Source of the DNA: Alphaproteobacteria bacterium
GTDB taxonomy: Bacteria; Pseudomonadota; Alphaproteobacteria; CACIAM-22H2
Length of the DNA: 40,817 bases
NCBI GenBank assembly: GCA_947500965.1
Contig: CANMWW010000001.1
Location: 1-40,817, forward strand
Direction: 5' to 3'
Each line of letters opens with the position of its first letter. Within the stretch, counting starts at the first letter, position 1. This document shows positions 1-10,608 of the stretch, piece after piece. A program made the position numbers and the translations under genes. The notes beneath the pieces were generated by a model. That model was not told where the DNA came from and did no database searches. It saw nothing but the letters and a program-made list of their open reading frames with translations.

Positions 1-1929
<1,929 letters not shown>

Positions 1930-1933
<4 letters not shown>

Positions 1934-2538
1934 AGCACCATCCGCGCGCAGCGCGACGCCAGTTCCTCGCCGGCGGCATCGCGGCCACCGGCCTCGCCGC
2001 CTGCACCCAGACGCCGCCGGCGCCGGTCTTCCCCGCCATCACCTTCTCGCACAAGGGCGTGTTCCGCCTCGCCGTAGAGCGCGTCGAGCTGCGCAGCACC
2101 TACGCGCCCCCGATGCGCCGTCCCAACATCGAGCACGAGGTGCCGGTGTCGCCGGTGGAGACGGTGCGGCGCTGGGGATCGGATCGCCTCGCGGCGACCG
2201 GCGACACGGGCAGCGCCGCGGTCTTCATCGTGCGCGAGGCGGCGATGACGGAGACCGAGCTCAGGAAGGAGACCGGGCTTCGCGCGACGATGACCAGCCA
2301 GCAGGACATGCGCTACGACCTCGCGCTCGCGGCGACGATCGAGATCCGCGACTCGCGCAGCGGCGTCGTGGTGGCGAGCTGCGACGCCCGGGCGGCGGGC
2401 TCGCGCAGCGTCGCCGAGGGCATCGCGCTGGCCGCGCGCGAGCGCGCCTGGTACGCGCTGACCGAGCAGGCGATGGAGACGCTCGACGCCGAGCTCGAGC
2501 GCCAGGTGCGCGCGCACCTCGCGCCCTTCCTGCGCTGA
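1930..2538 (+). CDS. hypothetical lipoprotein (Tat-like RRQFL signal plus lipobox LAAC)
   Basis: The N-terminus is MKHHPRAARRQFLAGGIAATGLAAC. ATGA start/stop overlap with hslO suggests translational coupling. I recognise no family. Confidence 0.6.
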
Positions 2539-2540
2539 GG

Positions 2541-2565
2541 CGCGCCGCCCCGGCGCGGCGGCGCG
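2541..2565. terminator. GC-rich hairpin between convergent genes (possible bidirectional terminator)
   Basis: cgcgccgcc (2541-2549) pairs with ggcggcgcg (2557-2565) around a 7-nt loop. There is no clear U tract on either side. Confidence 0.3.
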
Positions 2566-2571
2566 GCGACG

Positions 2572-4020
2572 TCAGTCGCGCCAGAAGCGCCGGCTGAACA
2601 GCACCAGCACGGTGATGAGCTCGAGCCGGCCCAGCAGCATCGCGGCCGAGAGGATCCACTTCGCCGCCGGCGGCAGCGGCGCGAAGCTGCCGGAGGGCCC
2701 GATCACGTCGCCGAGGCCGGGGCCGACATTGGCGAGCGCCGTCGCCGCGCCGGTGAGCGCGGTCACGAGGTCGAGGCCGCAGAGCCCGAGCGCCGCCGCG
2801 GTCACCGCCCAGGTGAACCCGAAGAGCGTGACGAAGGCGAGCACCGACTGCGCGACTGCGTCGGTGATGGGCTTGCGGTTGTACTTCGCGACGAACACGC
2901 CCGAGGGAAGCAGCGCCTGGCGCATCTGCGCGCGCCCGACCTCGAGCAGGACCTGGAAGCGGAAGATCTTGATGCCACCGGCGGTCGAGCCGGAGCAGCC
3001 GCCCACGAAGGTCAGCATGAAGACGAGGACGAGGGGAAAGGACCCCCACTGCCCCCAGTCGGCGGAGGCGAAGCCCGTGGTGGTCATCACCGAGGCGACG
3101 GTGAAGGGCGCGTGGCGAAGGGCGAAGGCGAGCTCGCGTCCCTCGGCGAGCACGAGCCATGCGCCGATCGCGACCGAGAAGGTCGCGAAGATGCCGAGAT
3201 AGGCGCGCATCTGCGTGTCGCGCAGCATCGCCGCCGCGTCGCCCTGCCAGCCGCGCAGGAACAGCGTCAGCGTCAGGCCGCCGCAGAGCATGAAGACGGT
3301 GCAGGCAACCTCGAGGAAGGGAGAGGCGAACTGCGAGAACGAGGAGTCGTAGGTCGAGAAGCCGCCGGTCGCGAGCGTCGAGATCGCGTGGTTGACCGCG
3401 TCGAAGCCGCCCATCCCCCCGACCCAGAAGACGAGGGCGCAAAGCGCGGTCAGGATCGCGTAGACGACCGAGATGCCGGTCGCGATCTGCGCCGCGCGCG
3501 GCAGGACCTTCTCGGACTTGTCCGAGGATTCGAGGCGGAAGAGCTGCATGCCGCCGACGCGCAGCATCGGCAGGATGGCGACCGCCAGCACGATGATCCC
3601 GACGCCGCCGAGCAGGTGCAGCAGCGAGCGCCAGAGCAGGATGCCGGCGCCCGCCTTGTCGAGCCCGACGATGACCGTGGAGCCGGTCGTGGTCAGCCCG
3701 GACATCGTCTCGAAATAGGCGTCGGCATAGGGCAGCGCGGTCGAGCCATGGACGAAGGGCAGCGCGCCGAAGGCCGCGACGACCACCCAGGACGTCGTCG
3801 TGAGCAGGAAGGCCTGGCGCAGGTTGAAGCCCATGCGCGGCGCGCGCGCCGCGAGCATCAGCCCGACGCCGACGAAGGCGGTGAAGCCCGCGCAACCCGC
3901 GAAGACCTTCTCGTCGGGCCCGCCGGAGGCCATGTCCGCGAGGGCCGGCAGCAGCATGACGGCGGCCAGCATGGCAAGCATCACGCCGTTGACGAAGGCG
4001 ACGGGCCTCGCGTCGGGCAT
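2572..4020 (-). CDS. trkH: Trk-type potassium uptake membrane subunit TrkH
   Basis: This is a 483-aa polytopic protein from the ATG at 4020 (MPDARPVAFVNG...). It has four pore-loop glycine motifs: LSGLTTTGSTV, TLATGGFST, MTTTGFAS and GGCSGSTAGGIKIFR. The longer 645-aa ORF in the track would overlap folE and is rejected. Confidence 0.85.
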   Translation of the reverse strand: MPDARPVAFVNGVMLAMLAAVMLLPALADMASGGPDEKVFAGCAGFTAFVGVGLMLAARAPRMGFNLRQAFLLTTTSWVVVAAFGALPFVHGSTALPYADAYFETMSGLTTTGSTVIVGLDKAGAGILLWRSLLHLLGGVGIIVLAVAILPMLRVGGMQLFRLESSDKSEKVLPRAAQIATGISVVYAILTALCALVFWVGGMGGFDAVNHAISTLATGGFSTYDSSFSQFASPFLEVACTVFMLCGGLTLTLFLRGWQGDAAAMLRDTQMRAYLGIFATFSVAIGAWLVLAEGRELAFALRHAPFTVASVMTTTGFASADWGQWGSFPLVLVFMLTFVGGCSGSTAGGIKIFRFQVLLEVGRAQMRQALLPSGVFVAKYNRKPITDAVAQSVLAFVTLFGFTWAVTAAALGLCGLDLVTALTGAATALANVGPGLGDVIGPSGSFAPLPPAAKWILSAAMLLGRLELITVLVLFSRRFWRD

Positions 4021-4040
4021 CGCGCGCGCCGCCCCCAGGC

Positions 4041-4664
4041 TCAGACGCCGCCGCGCGGGCCCGGCGCGGTGCCGATCATCGCCAGGAACTCGCGCCGCGT
4101 CGCCGCGTCCTCGCGGAAGGCGCCGAGCATCTGGCTCGTGATCATGCTCACGCCCGGCTTGCGCACGCCGCGCGTGGTCATGCACTGGTGCGTGGCGTCG
4201 ACCACGACGGCCACGCCGCGCGGGCGCAGCACGTCCTGGATCGCGTTGGCGATCTGGGCGGTCATCTTCTCCTGGATCTGCAGGCGCTTGGCGTAGAGCT
4301 CGATCACCCGCGCGATCTTGGAGATGCCGACGACGCGGCGGTCCGGCAGGTAGGCGCAATGCGCCACGCCGATGATCGGCGCGACATGGTGCTCGCAGTA
4401 GGATTCGAAGCGGATGTCGCGCAGCACGACCATCTCGTCGTAGCCCTCGGTCTCCTCGAAGGTGCGCTCGAGGATGGCCACCGGGTCGTCGTTGTAGCCG
4501 GCGAACCATTCCTCGTAGGCGCGCACGACGCGGTCCGGCGTGCCGAGCAGGCCCTCGCGGGCGGGGTCGTCGCCGGCCCAGCGCAGCAGGGTGCGCACGG
4601 CCTCCTCGGCCTGCTCGCGCGTCGGGCGCGCCGCCACAGGCGTCGTCGGGCTCTTGCGCTTCAC
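4041..4664 (-). CDS. folE: GTP cyclohydrolase I
   Basis: FolE motifs are present: [20 protein letters not shown] and HQCMTTRGV. It uses a GTG start at 4664 with GGAG about 11 nt upstream. Confidence 0.9.
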   Translation of the reverse strand: MKRKSPTTPVAARPTREQAEEAVRTLLRWAGDDPAREGLLGTPDRVVRAYEEWFAGYNDDPVAILERTFEETEGYDEMVVLRDIRFESYCEHHVAPIIGVAHCAYLPDRRVVGISKIARVIELYAKRLQIQEKMTAQIANAIQDVLRPRGVAVVVDATHQCMTTRGVRKPGVSMITSQMLGAFREDAATRREFLAMIGTAPGPRGGV

Positions 4665-4692
4665 GGGAGGGCTCCTGTTCTGCGGCGCGGCG

Positions 4693-5085
4693 TCAGTTCA
4701 GCCGCACCGCCTGGTGGGGGGAATCGAGCGAGAAGGCGGGGATGCGCACCTCGAGGCGCGCGCCGTCCTCTCCCTCCATCTGGTAGGCGCCGCGCATGAT
4801 GCCCGAGGGCGTCGAGAGCGGCGTGCCCGAATTGTACTCGTAGCTGGCGCCCGGAGGCAGCCTCGGCTGCTCGCCGACGACGCCGGCGCCGCGCACCTCC
4901 TGCACGCGGCCGCGGGCGTCGGTGATGTGCCACCAGCGGCTGCGCAGCGTCACCGTGCGGTCGCTGCCGTTCTCGATGCGCACGAAATAGGCCCAGACAT
5001 AGCGGTTCTCCGCCGGCGCGGACTGCTCGTCGAGGAACACGGGCCGCACGGTGACCGTGATGCCGTGCGTGGTCTCGCTGTACAT
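4693..5085 (-). CDS. apaG: ApaG (DUF525) protein
   Basis: The ApaG-like sequence is [52 protein letters not shown]...[12 protein letters not shown]. The start is set at the ATG at 5085 (MYSETTHG). Confidence 0.85.
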   Translation of the reverse strand: MYSETTHGITVTVRPVFLDEQSAPAENRYVWAYFVRIENGSDRTVTLRSRWWHITDARGRVQEVRGAGVVGEQPRLPPGASYEYNSGTPLSTPSGIMRGAYQMEGEDGARLEVRIPAFSLDSPHQAVRLN

Positions 5086-5122
5086 GCGCGTCGCCCTTCT
5101 CGCCGGCGGGTGGGGGGCCGGG

Positions 5123-5150
5123 ATTCTATGTGCCACGCGCCCCTTGTCCA
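5123..5150 (-). promoter_or_regulatory. sigma70-like promoter candidate for apaG-folE-trkH
   Basis: On the minus strand the sequence reads TGGACA-N16-TAGAAT (plus strand: tgtcca 5145-5150, attcta 5123-5128). It lies about 38 nt upstream of the apaG ATG. Confidence 0.35.
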
Positions 5151-5170
5151 GCCGCCCCCGGCCGCCCCTC

Positions 5171-6373
5171 TCACGCGGCGTCGAGGGCCTGCGCGAGGTC
5201 GGCCTCGAGGTCCGCGAGGTCCTCCAGCCCGACCGAGAGACGGACCGTCCCGCCGTCGATGCCGAGATGCAGCCTGTCGGCCTCGCTCAGCCGCTGGTGG
5301 GTCGTGGTCGCCGGATGGCAGGTGAGGCTCTTCGAGTCGCCGAGGTTGTTCGAGATGTCGACGATCTCCAGCGCGTCCAGGAAGCGGAACGCCGCCTCCT
5401 TGCCGCCGCGGAAGCCGAGCGTGACGATCGTGCCGCCGGCCTTCATCTGCGCGCGGGCGAGCGCGTGCTGGGGATGCGACTCGAGGAACGGGTAGCGCAG
5501 CCGCTCCAGCTTGGGATGGCCCTCGAAGCGGCGCGCGAGCGCCAGCGCGCTGGCGCAGGACGCGGCGACGCGCAGGTCGAGCGTCTCCAGCCCCTTGGCG
5601 AGCGTCCAGGCGTTGAAGGGCGAGAGCGCCGGCCCGGTATGGCGCAGGAAGGGGACGAGCTCCGCCTCGACCCACTCGGCCGAGCCGAGCACGGCGCCGC
5701 CGAGGCAGCGGCCCTGGCCGTCGATGTGCTTGGTCGCCGAGTAGACGACGATGTCCGCACCGAGCTCGAGCGGCTTCTGCAGCAGCGGCGTGGCGAAGAC
5801 GTTGTCGACCACGACGCGCGCGCCGGCCTTGCGCGCCAGCGCCGCGACCATCGGCAGGTCGATCACCTCGAGCATCGGGTTGGAGGGCGTCTCGAGGAAT
5901 ACCGCCTTCGCGGGGCGCGACAGCGCGTCGCGCCACTGCGCCTCGTCGGTGCCGTCCACGAACACGGCCTCCACGCCGTAGCGCGGCAGCAGCTCGCCGA
6001 CGATGTACTGGCACGAGCCGAAGAGCGCGCGGCTGGCGACGACGCGGTCGCCGGCGCGCACCTGGCAGAGCAGGCTCGCGGAGACCGCGGCCATGCCGCT
6101 CGCCACGGCGCGGCAGGCGCCGGCGCCCTCGAGCTGGCGCAGGCGCTCCTCGAACATCGCGACGGTCGGGTTGCCGAAGCGCGAATAGACGTAGCGCGTG
6201 CTCTTCTTGGACGCGAAGGCCTGCTCGGCCTCCTCCGCGCTGTCGTAGACGAAGCCCGAGGTGAGGTACATCGCCTCGGCCGTCTCCTGGTGGCCCGACC
6301 TGTCGAGCCCCCCGCGCACGGCGCGCGTGCGGTTGCCCCAGTTTCGCGAAGCGGTCCCGGATTCCTTGCCCAT
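5171..6373 (-). CDS. metZ: O-succinylhomoserine sulfhydrylase (Cys/Met-metabolism PLP enzyme)
   Basis: The N-terminus [43 protein letters not shown] is typical of MetZ. The PLP-lysine motif is [11 protein letters not shown]. The ATG at 6373 is preceded by GAGGAA. The gene sits behind a SAM-II riboswitch. Confidence 0.85.
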   Translation of the reverse strand: MGKESGTASRNWGNRTRAVRGGLDRSGHQETAEAMYLTSGFVYDSAEEAEQAFASKKSTRYVYSRFGNPTVAMFEERLRQLEGAGACRAVASGMAAVSASLLCQVRAGDRVVASRALFGSCQYIVGELLPRYGVEAVFVDGTDEAQWRDALSRPAKAVFLETPSNPMLEVIDLPMVAALARKAGARVVVDNVFATPLLQKPLELGADIVVYSATKHIDGQGRCLGGAVLGSAEWVEAELVPFLRHTGPALSPFNAWTLAKGLETLDLRVAASCASALALARRFEGHPKLERLRYPFLESHPQHALARAQMKAGGTIVTLGFRGGKEAAFRFLDALEIVDISNNLGDSKSLTCHPATTTHQRLSEADRLHLGIDGGTVRLSVGLEDLADLEADLAQALDAA

Positions 6374-6390
6374 GTGTTCCTCGCAGACGA

Positions 6391-6419
6391 AGACGCCCCG
6401 GCCTTCGGCCGGGGCGTCT
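6391..6419 (-). terminator. GC-rich stem-loop between the riboswitch aptamer and the metZ RBS (possible expression-platform terminator)
   Basis: The minus strand reads AGACGCCCCGGCC-GAAG-GCCGGGGCGTCT, followed by TCGTCTGCGAGGAACACATG. The U tract is weak. Confidence 0.4.
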
Positions 6420-6435
6420 TTCGGGGAACACCTCC

Positions 6436-6492
6436 GGCCTTTTAGCGGATTGTTTAACGTGGCCCGCAAGCCGGCCGGCCCAAATCGCCACG
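6436..6492 (-). promoter_or_regulatory. SAM-II (SAM-alpha / metA-motif) riboswitch aptamer
   Basis: The minus-strand RNA is CGUGGCGAUUUGGGCCGGCCGGCUUGCGGGCCACGUUAAACAAUCCGCUAAAAGGCC. It has a P1 stem CGUGGC/GCCACG, a loop AUUU...GCUUGC, and a 3' UUAAACAA..GCUAAAAGG segment, matching my memory of the SAM-II consensus. It sits in the leader of a methionine-biosynthesis gene. Confidence 0.7.
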
Positions 6493-6628
6493 TAGGCAGC
6501 GATGTAGCGAGCGACGCCACCGGGAGTCAACCACGACGCGATCACGATCCGGACCCGGAAGCGTCACGCGCCGGCAAACCGCGCGCCCGAGATTGCATCT
6601 GCTCATCTCATCGCACGGAGACACACGC

Positions 6629-7516
6629 ATGCTAGACCTCTCCCGTCGCGGCCTCGCCCTCAGCGCGGCCACTTCCGCCCTCGTGGCATCCGCGGCGCCG
6701 TCACGCGCGCAGTCGACGGAATTGCGCTTCGCCGTGACCGACATCGTCGGGCTCGAAAACCTGCAGCGCGAGTGGGGGCCCTTCCAGAAGGCGCTCAAGG
6801 ACAGCTCGGGAATCGATTTCCGCTTCTTCCCCGTCCCGAACCGGACCGCAGCCGTCGAGGCCCTGAACGCGAAGCGGGTCGATCTCGTCCTGACCGGCCC
6901 CGCCGAATACGTGGTCTTCCGCGTCCGCACCAATGCCGAGCCGGTCGTCGGCCTGACGCGGGCCGACTACTTCTCCAACATCGTCGTGCGCGCCGACTCC
7001 GCGTTCAACCTGCCCGCCGACCTGAAGGGCCAGAAGCTCGGCCTCGGCGCGATCGGCTCCACCTCGCGCCATCTCGGGCCGGTGCAGGTGCTTGCCGACC
7101 AGGGACTGAACCCACGCGCAGACATGCAGGTCGTCCACCTCGCGACCAGCGTCCTCCTCGAGGCCGTGAAGCGCGGCGATGTCGCGGCCGGCGGCATGAA
7201 CAACAACGACTTCCTACGGTTGCGCGAGCGAAATCCCGACATCGCGTTCCGCGTGATCGCGCGCGGCCGCGACCTGCCGATGGACCTCATCCTCGCCGGC
7301 CCGCATGTCGAGAAGCGCCATGTCGATGCGCTCCGCGCCGCCTTCCGCGACCATGGCACGAAGCTCATCACGGCGATCCTGTCCGGCGGCGACGAGAACC
7401 AGAAGTTCAAGGGAATGCACTGGATCACCACGATCCGCGACGAGGACTTCAATTACGTCCGCCGCATGTACGCCACGATCGGACAGCCACAATTCGCCGA
7501 GTTCGTCGGCAACTGA
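6629..7516 (+). CDS. phnD: phosphonate/phosphite ABC transporter substrate-binding protein (PhnD family)
   Basis: The signal peptide is MLDLSRRGLALSAATSALVASAAPSRAQS. The mature part ELRFAVTDIVGLENL...AAVEALNAKRVDLVLTGPAEYV is PhnD-like. GGAG lies 9 nt before the ATG. phnC and phnE follow it. Confidence 0.8.
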   Translation: MLDLSRRGLALSAATSALVASAAPSRAQSTELRFAVTDIVGLENLQREWGPFQKALKDSSGIDFRFFPVPNRTAAVEALNAKRVDLVLTGPAEYVVFRVRTNAEPVVGLTRADYFSNIVVRADSAFNLPADLKGQKLGLGAIGSTSRHLGPVQVLADQGLNPRADMQVVHLATSVLLEAVKRGDVAAGGMNNNDFLRLRERNPDIAFRVIARGRDLPMDLILAGPHVEKRHVDALRAAFRDHGTKLITAILSGGDENQKFKGMHWITTIRDEDFNYVRRMYATIGQPQFAEFVGN

Positions 7517-7517
7517 C

Positions 7518-8267
7518 GTGGAACAGGCTGCGGCGGTCATAGAGGCGTCCGGGCTGGTCAAGGAACTCGGCGGGCGGCGCGTAGTCGACGACGTCGCCTT
7601 CTCGGCCTCGCGCGGCGAATGCGTGGCCCTCGTCGGGGCGAACGGGGCAGGGAAGTCGACCCTGCTCCGCCTGCTCGTGCGGCTTGTCGAGCCGGATGCC
7701 GGCAGCATCCGCATCCATGGCGTCGACGCGGTCGGCGCCTCGGCGGCCGCGTTGCGCGACCTGCGGCGGCGCACCGGCTTCGTCTTCCAGCACCATGACC
7801 TCGTGGGGCGCGCGAGCACGCTCACCAACGTCGTCCATGGCGCGCTGGGCCGGGTGCCCTGGTGGCGCGCCTTCGCCCACGGGGTCGCCCCAGCCGCCCT
7901 GCGCGCCGAGGCCATGGCATGCCTTTCCCGCGTCGGCCTGCCGCATGTGGCGACGCAGCGAGCGGACCGCCTGTCGGGTGGGCAGTCGCAGCGGGTGGCG
8001 ATCGCGCGCGCGCTGATGCAGCAGCCCGAGCTGCTGCTCGCGGACGAGCCCGCCGCAAGCCTCGACCCGGCGGCCGGCGAGGAGGTCATGGGCGTCTTCC
8101 GCGCCCTCGCGCGCGCGGAGGGGATGACAGTCGTCTTTACCTCGCACCATGTCTCCCACGCCCTCGGCTACGCCGATCGCGTCGTCGGCCTGCGCGCAGG
8201 CCGCGTGGAGCTCGACGCGCCGACCGCCTCGATCGATGCAGGGACGGTCCATGCCCTCTATTCCTGA
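7518..8267 (+). CDS. phnC: phosphonate ABC transporter ATP-binding protein
   Basis: It uses a GTG start 1 nt after the phnD stop. Walker A is GANGAGKST, the signature is LSGGQSQRVAIARAL, and Walker B is LLLADEPAASLD. Confidence 0.8.
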   Translation: MEQAAAVIEASGLVKELGGRRVVDDVAFSASRGECVALVGANGAGKSTLLRLLVRLVEPDAGSIRIHGVDAVGASAAALRDLRRRTGFVFQHHDLVGRASTLTNVVHGALGRVPWWRAFAHGVAPAALRAEAMACLSRVGLPHVATQRADRLSGGQSQRVAIARALMQQPELLLADEPAASLDPAAGEEVMGVFRALARAEGMTVVFTSHHVSHALGYADRVVGLRAGRVELDAPTASIDAGTVHALYS

Positions 8268-9057
8268 GATGCCCGGCCCGGACGCGCCGGCGCGCTTCGA
8301 GCGGCCCGGCGCGCTGGCCTTCGCCATCGGCGTCGCGGCGGCCGCCTTCCTCGTCACGGCGTTCCGCGCGACCGACGTCTCGATCGGCGAACTGCTGCGC
8401 GGCGGCCCGAGCGCGCTGCGCATCCTCGGCGAGATGTTCCCCCCCAGCCTCGACCGCCTGGGCCCCGTCGCCGGATCCCTGCTCCAGACCTTCCAGATGG
8501 CGGTGGCGGGAACGGCGATCGGCTGCGCGCTGAGCCTGCCGCTCGCGATACTCGCGACCCGCCATCTGAGCCCGCACCCCGTGCTCCACCACGCGACACG
8601 GGTGGTCGTCGCCATCTGCCGCACGGTCCCGGACCTCGTCTGGGCGCTGCTATTCGTCGCGATCGTCGGCCTCGGCCCGTTCGCCGGCGTGCTTGCCATC
8701 GCGGTCGACAAGATCGGCTTCTGCGGACGGTTCTTCGCGGAGGCGATGGAAGAGGCCGATCGCAGGCCGCAGGAGGCGCTACGGGCTCTCGGCGCCGGAC
8801 GGCCGGCGATCATCCTGGGCGCGATCCTTCCCGCGGCGACCCCGGGGCTCATCAACGCGTCGCTGTTCTCCCTCGAGAAGGCGACGCGCTCGTCGGTCGT
8901 CCTCGGGCTCGTCGGGGCGGGGGGAATAGGCATCGAGTTGCAGGTGTCGATGGACATGTTCCGCTACGACGAGGCGATCACCATCATCCTTGCGATACTC
9001 GCGCTTGTCGTGGCCGTCGAGCAGTGCAGCGCCTGGTTGCGGCGCCGCGCGATGTGA
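8251..9057 (+). CDS. phnE: phosphonate ABC transporter permease
   Basis: It is polytopic and PhnE-like: LLQTFQMAVAGTAIGCALSLPLAILA and the EAA-like region FFAEAMEEADRRPQEALRALGA. The start is uncertain; in-frame ATGs occur at 8236, 8251 and 8269. Confidence 0.75.
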   Translation: MPSIPEMPGPDAPARFERPGALAFAIGVAAAAFLVTAFRATDVSIGELLRGGPSALRILGEMFPPSLDRLGPVAGSLLQTFQMAVAGTAIGCALSLPLAILATRHLSPHPVLHHATRVVVAICRTVPDLVWALLFVAIVGLGPFAGVLAIAVDKIGFCGRFFAEAMEEADRRPQEALRALGAGRPAIILGAILPAATPGLINASLFSLEKATRSSVVLGLVGAGGIGIELQVSMDMFRYDEAITIILAILALVVAVEQCSAWLRRRAM

Positions 9058-9070
9058 GCATGGCCCGGCG

Positions 9071-10225
9071 TCACGCCCGGGCGCGCACGAGCGAAAGGTC
9101 GACCATGGCGGGTCGACCGCCAGCGATCACCGCGGCGAGGCGAGGCGCCCGGAGGTCGCGGTCGTCGACGACGAGGATGTCGGCGCGCCTGCCAGCGACG
9201 AGAGAGCCGCGATCGCGCAGTCCCGCCGCCGCCGCTGGGCTCGCGGACACGAGGTCCCAGCACCGGGCGAAGTCAAGGCCGGCCCCAGCCGAGAGGCGGA
9301 ACGGAGCGAGAAGCATCGCGGGATAGTAGTAGTCGGAGGCGAGCACGTCGCAGAGCCCGGCCTCGATGGCGGGCACCGCATCGATCGCGCCGGACTGGCT
9401 GCCGCCGCGAACGACATTGGGAGCGCCCAGCACCGATGCCTCCTTGCATGCGCGTGCGGCGGCGGCGGTCGCTCGGGTCTTCGGGAACTCGCAGATCGTA
9501 ACGCCGAGCGCACGGAACGCAGCGCGCATCTCCGGGGTCTCGTCGTCGTGTGAAGCCATGGGGATGCCGGCACGCCGGGCAGCCTCCGCGAGCCGGGCAT
9601 TGGCGACCGGGACATCTCCCGCGCGATCGCCGACGGAGAGTATCAGCGCGGCGAATTCGGCGGGGTCGAGGCCGGTGCGCTCGACATAGCGCTGAAGCGA
9701 CTTGCCGGCGCGCGCCTTCTCGACGAGGGGCGGTGTGTGGTCGTTGAACGCCAGCAGGTCCACGTCGCCGGCGGCGATCCAGCCGACGATCTCGTCGATG
9801 GCGTCGATGTTGTAGGCCTCGTGGCGGAGGTGGATGCGCGTGTCGCAGGCGAGCATGCGCCGGAGCCTGGACATGCCCGCCATGAATGCCCGGACCGCGT
9901 TCGCGCCTCGCAGGCCGGGCTCGAACGAGAACGTCACGGCATGGAAGGCCGTGGTTATCCCGTTCGCGATCAACTGGCGATCTGTCTCCGCGAGTGCGAC
10001 CTCCATGTCGAAGGCGACGCCGGGCCGTGGCATCACCTGGCGCTCGAAGGCATCGCCGTGCAGGTCCACCATGCCTGGAAGCACGAGCATGTCGCGGGCG
10101 TCGAGCGCGCCGAGCGCGACCGCGCGTTCCCCGACATGGACGATGGACGCGCCATCCCAGGACAGGGTGGCCGGCGCGATCCGCCCATCCGGCCCGAGCA
10201 CCCTGCTGGAGGAAATCGCCTGCAT
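9071..10225 (-). CDS. PhnM-like amidohydrolase (alpha-D-ribose 1-methylphosphonate 5-triphosphate diphosphatase family)
   Basis: The N-terminus MQAISSSRVLGPDGRIAPATL...LVLPGMVDLHGDAFERQVMPRPGV aligns by eye with the E. coli PhnM N-terminus (LPGLIELHTDNLD..TPRPKV). The start at 10225 is preferred over 10348 or 10474; starting at 10474 would run into the tRNA gene. Confidence 0.7.
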   Translation of the reverse strand: MQAISSSRVLGPDGRIAPATLSWDGASIVHVGERAVALGALDARDMLVLPGMVDLHGDAFERQVMPRPGVAFDMEVALAETDRQLIANGITTAFHAVTFSFEPGLRGANAVRAFMAGMSRLRRMLACDTRIHLRHEAYNIDAIDEIVGWIAAGDVDLLAFNDHTPPLVEKARAGKSLQRYVERTGLDPAEFAALILSVGDRAGDVPVANARLAEAARRAGIPMASHDDETPEMRAAFRALGVTICEFPKTRATAAAARACKEASVLGAPNVVRGGSQSGAIDAVPAIEAGLCDVLASDYYYPAMLLAPFRLSAGAGLDFARCWDLVSASPAAAAGLRDRGSLVAGRRADILVVDDRDLRAPRLAAVIAGGRPAMVDLSLVRARA

Positions 10226-10387
10226 CCGATCCACTCCCTCTCCACGACCCGCTTTCTGGACCGCTTCGGTGACGGAATGGTGAGACGCCCGGGGCGGAAA
10301 GGCTTCAGTCGCGCCGGGGGCGGCGGCGGGCGGGCGTGCGACGGACATGGTGCCGGGAGGTACCCGGCTGGCCACGGATCGCGTCCC

Positions 10388-10416
10388 TTGCCGGGTCCCC
10401 GGGGCTTGCCTATACA
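10388..10416 (+). promoter_or_regulatory. sigma70-like promoter candidate for tRNA-Gly
   Basis: TTGCCG (10388-10393), a 17-nt spacer, then TATACA (10411-10416). It lies 16 nt upstream of the mature tRNA 5' end. Confidence 0.4.
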
Positions 10417-10431
10417 ATCGCGCGACGCGCC

Positions 10432-10505
10432 GCGGGTGTAGCTCAATGGTAGAGCAGGAGCTTCCCAAGCTCACGACGAGGGTTCGATTCCCTTCACCCG
10501 CTCCA
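10432..10505 (+). tRNA. tRNA-Gly (anticodon CCC)
   Basis: GCGGGTGTAGCTCAATGGTAGAGCAGGAGCTTCCCAAGCTCACGACGAGGGTTCGATTCCCTTCACCCGCTCCA. It folds as a cloverleaf: 7-bp acceptor stem, D arm GCTC/GAGC, anticodon loop TTCCCAA, T arm GAGGG-TTCGATT-CCCTT, and an encoded CCA. It is nearly identical in layout to E. coli tRNA-Gly(CCC). Confidence 0.92.
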
Positions 10506-10608
10506 GCGCGCGCGCCAGCCCCGACCCGATCGCGAAGGGCGTTCCGGGCCGCCAGCGCCCCGCATTTCCGCTCTGGAGGGGATGCGCGGGCGCGCCTATC
10601 GTAGCGCG

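Noticed and set aside
2572-4509. The extended 645-aa version of the trkH ORF, and similar N-terminal extensions of metZ (to 6520), phnM-like (to 10474), SBP (to 35201), bioY (to 35843) and apaG (to 5136).
   Set aside because: The extensions overlap upstream genes, the tRNA or the riboswitch and lack homology-like sequence. Internal ATG/GTG starts with RBS-like purine tracts give proteins whose N-termini match the family expectations.
6593-6616. Pho-box-like direct repeats (TTGCATCTGCTCATCTCATCGCAC) upstream of phnD.
   Set aside because: Only short CATC/TCAT reiterations are present. I could not fit two CTGTCAT-like heptamers at 11-nt spacing, so a PhoB site is not supported from the sequence alone.
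10432-10505. tRNA-Gly as an integration site of a genomic island covering the downstream ABC/MlrC genes.
   Set aside because: I saw no integrase, recombinase or mobility gene anywhere in the window. I noticed no second copy of the tRNA 3' end that would mark an att site, and no obvious compositional break by eye.
10347-10604. An 85-aa ORF overlapping the tRNA-Gly gene.
   Set aside because: It is simply a reading frame across the tRNA sequence (…CSSMVEQELPKLTTRVRFPSP…) and is not a plausible protein.
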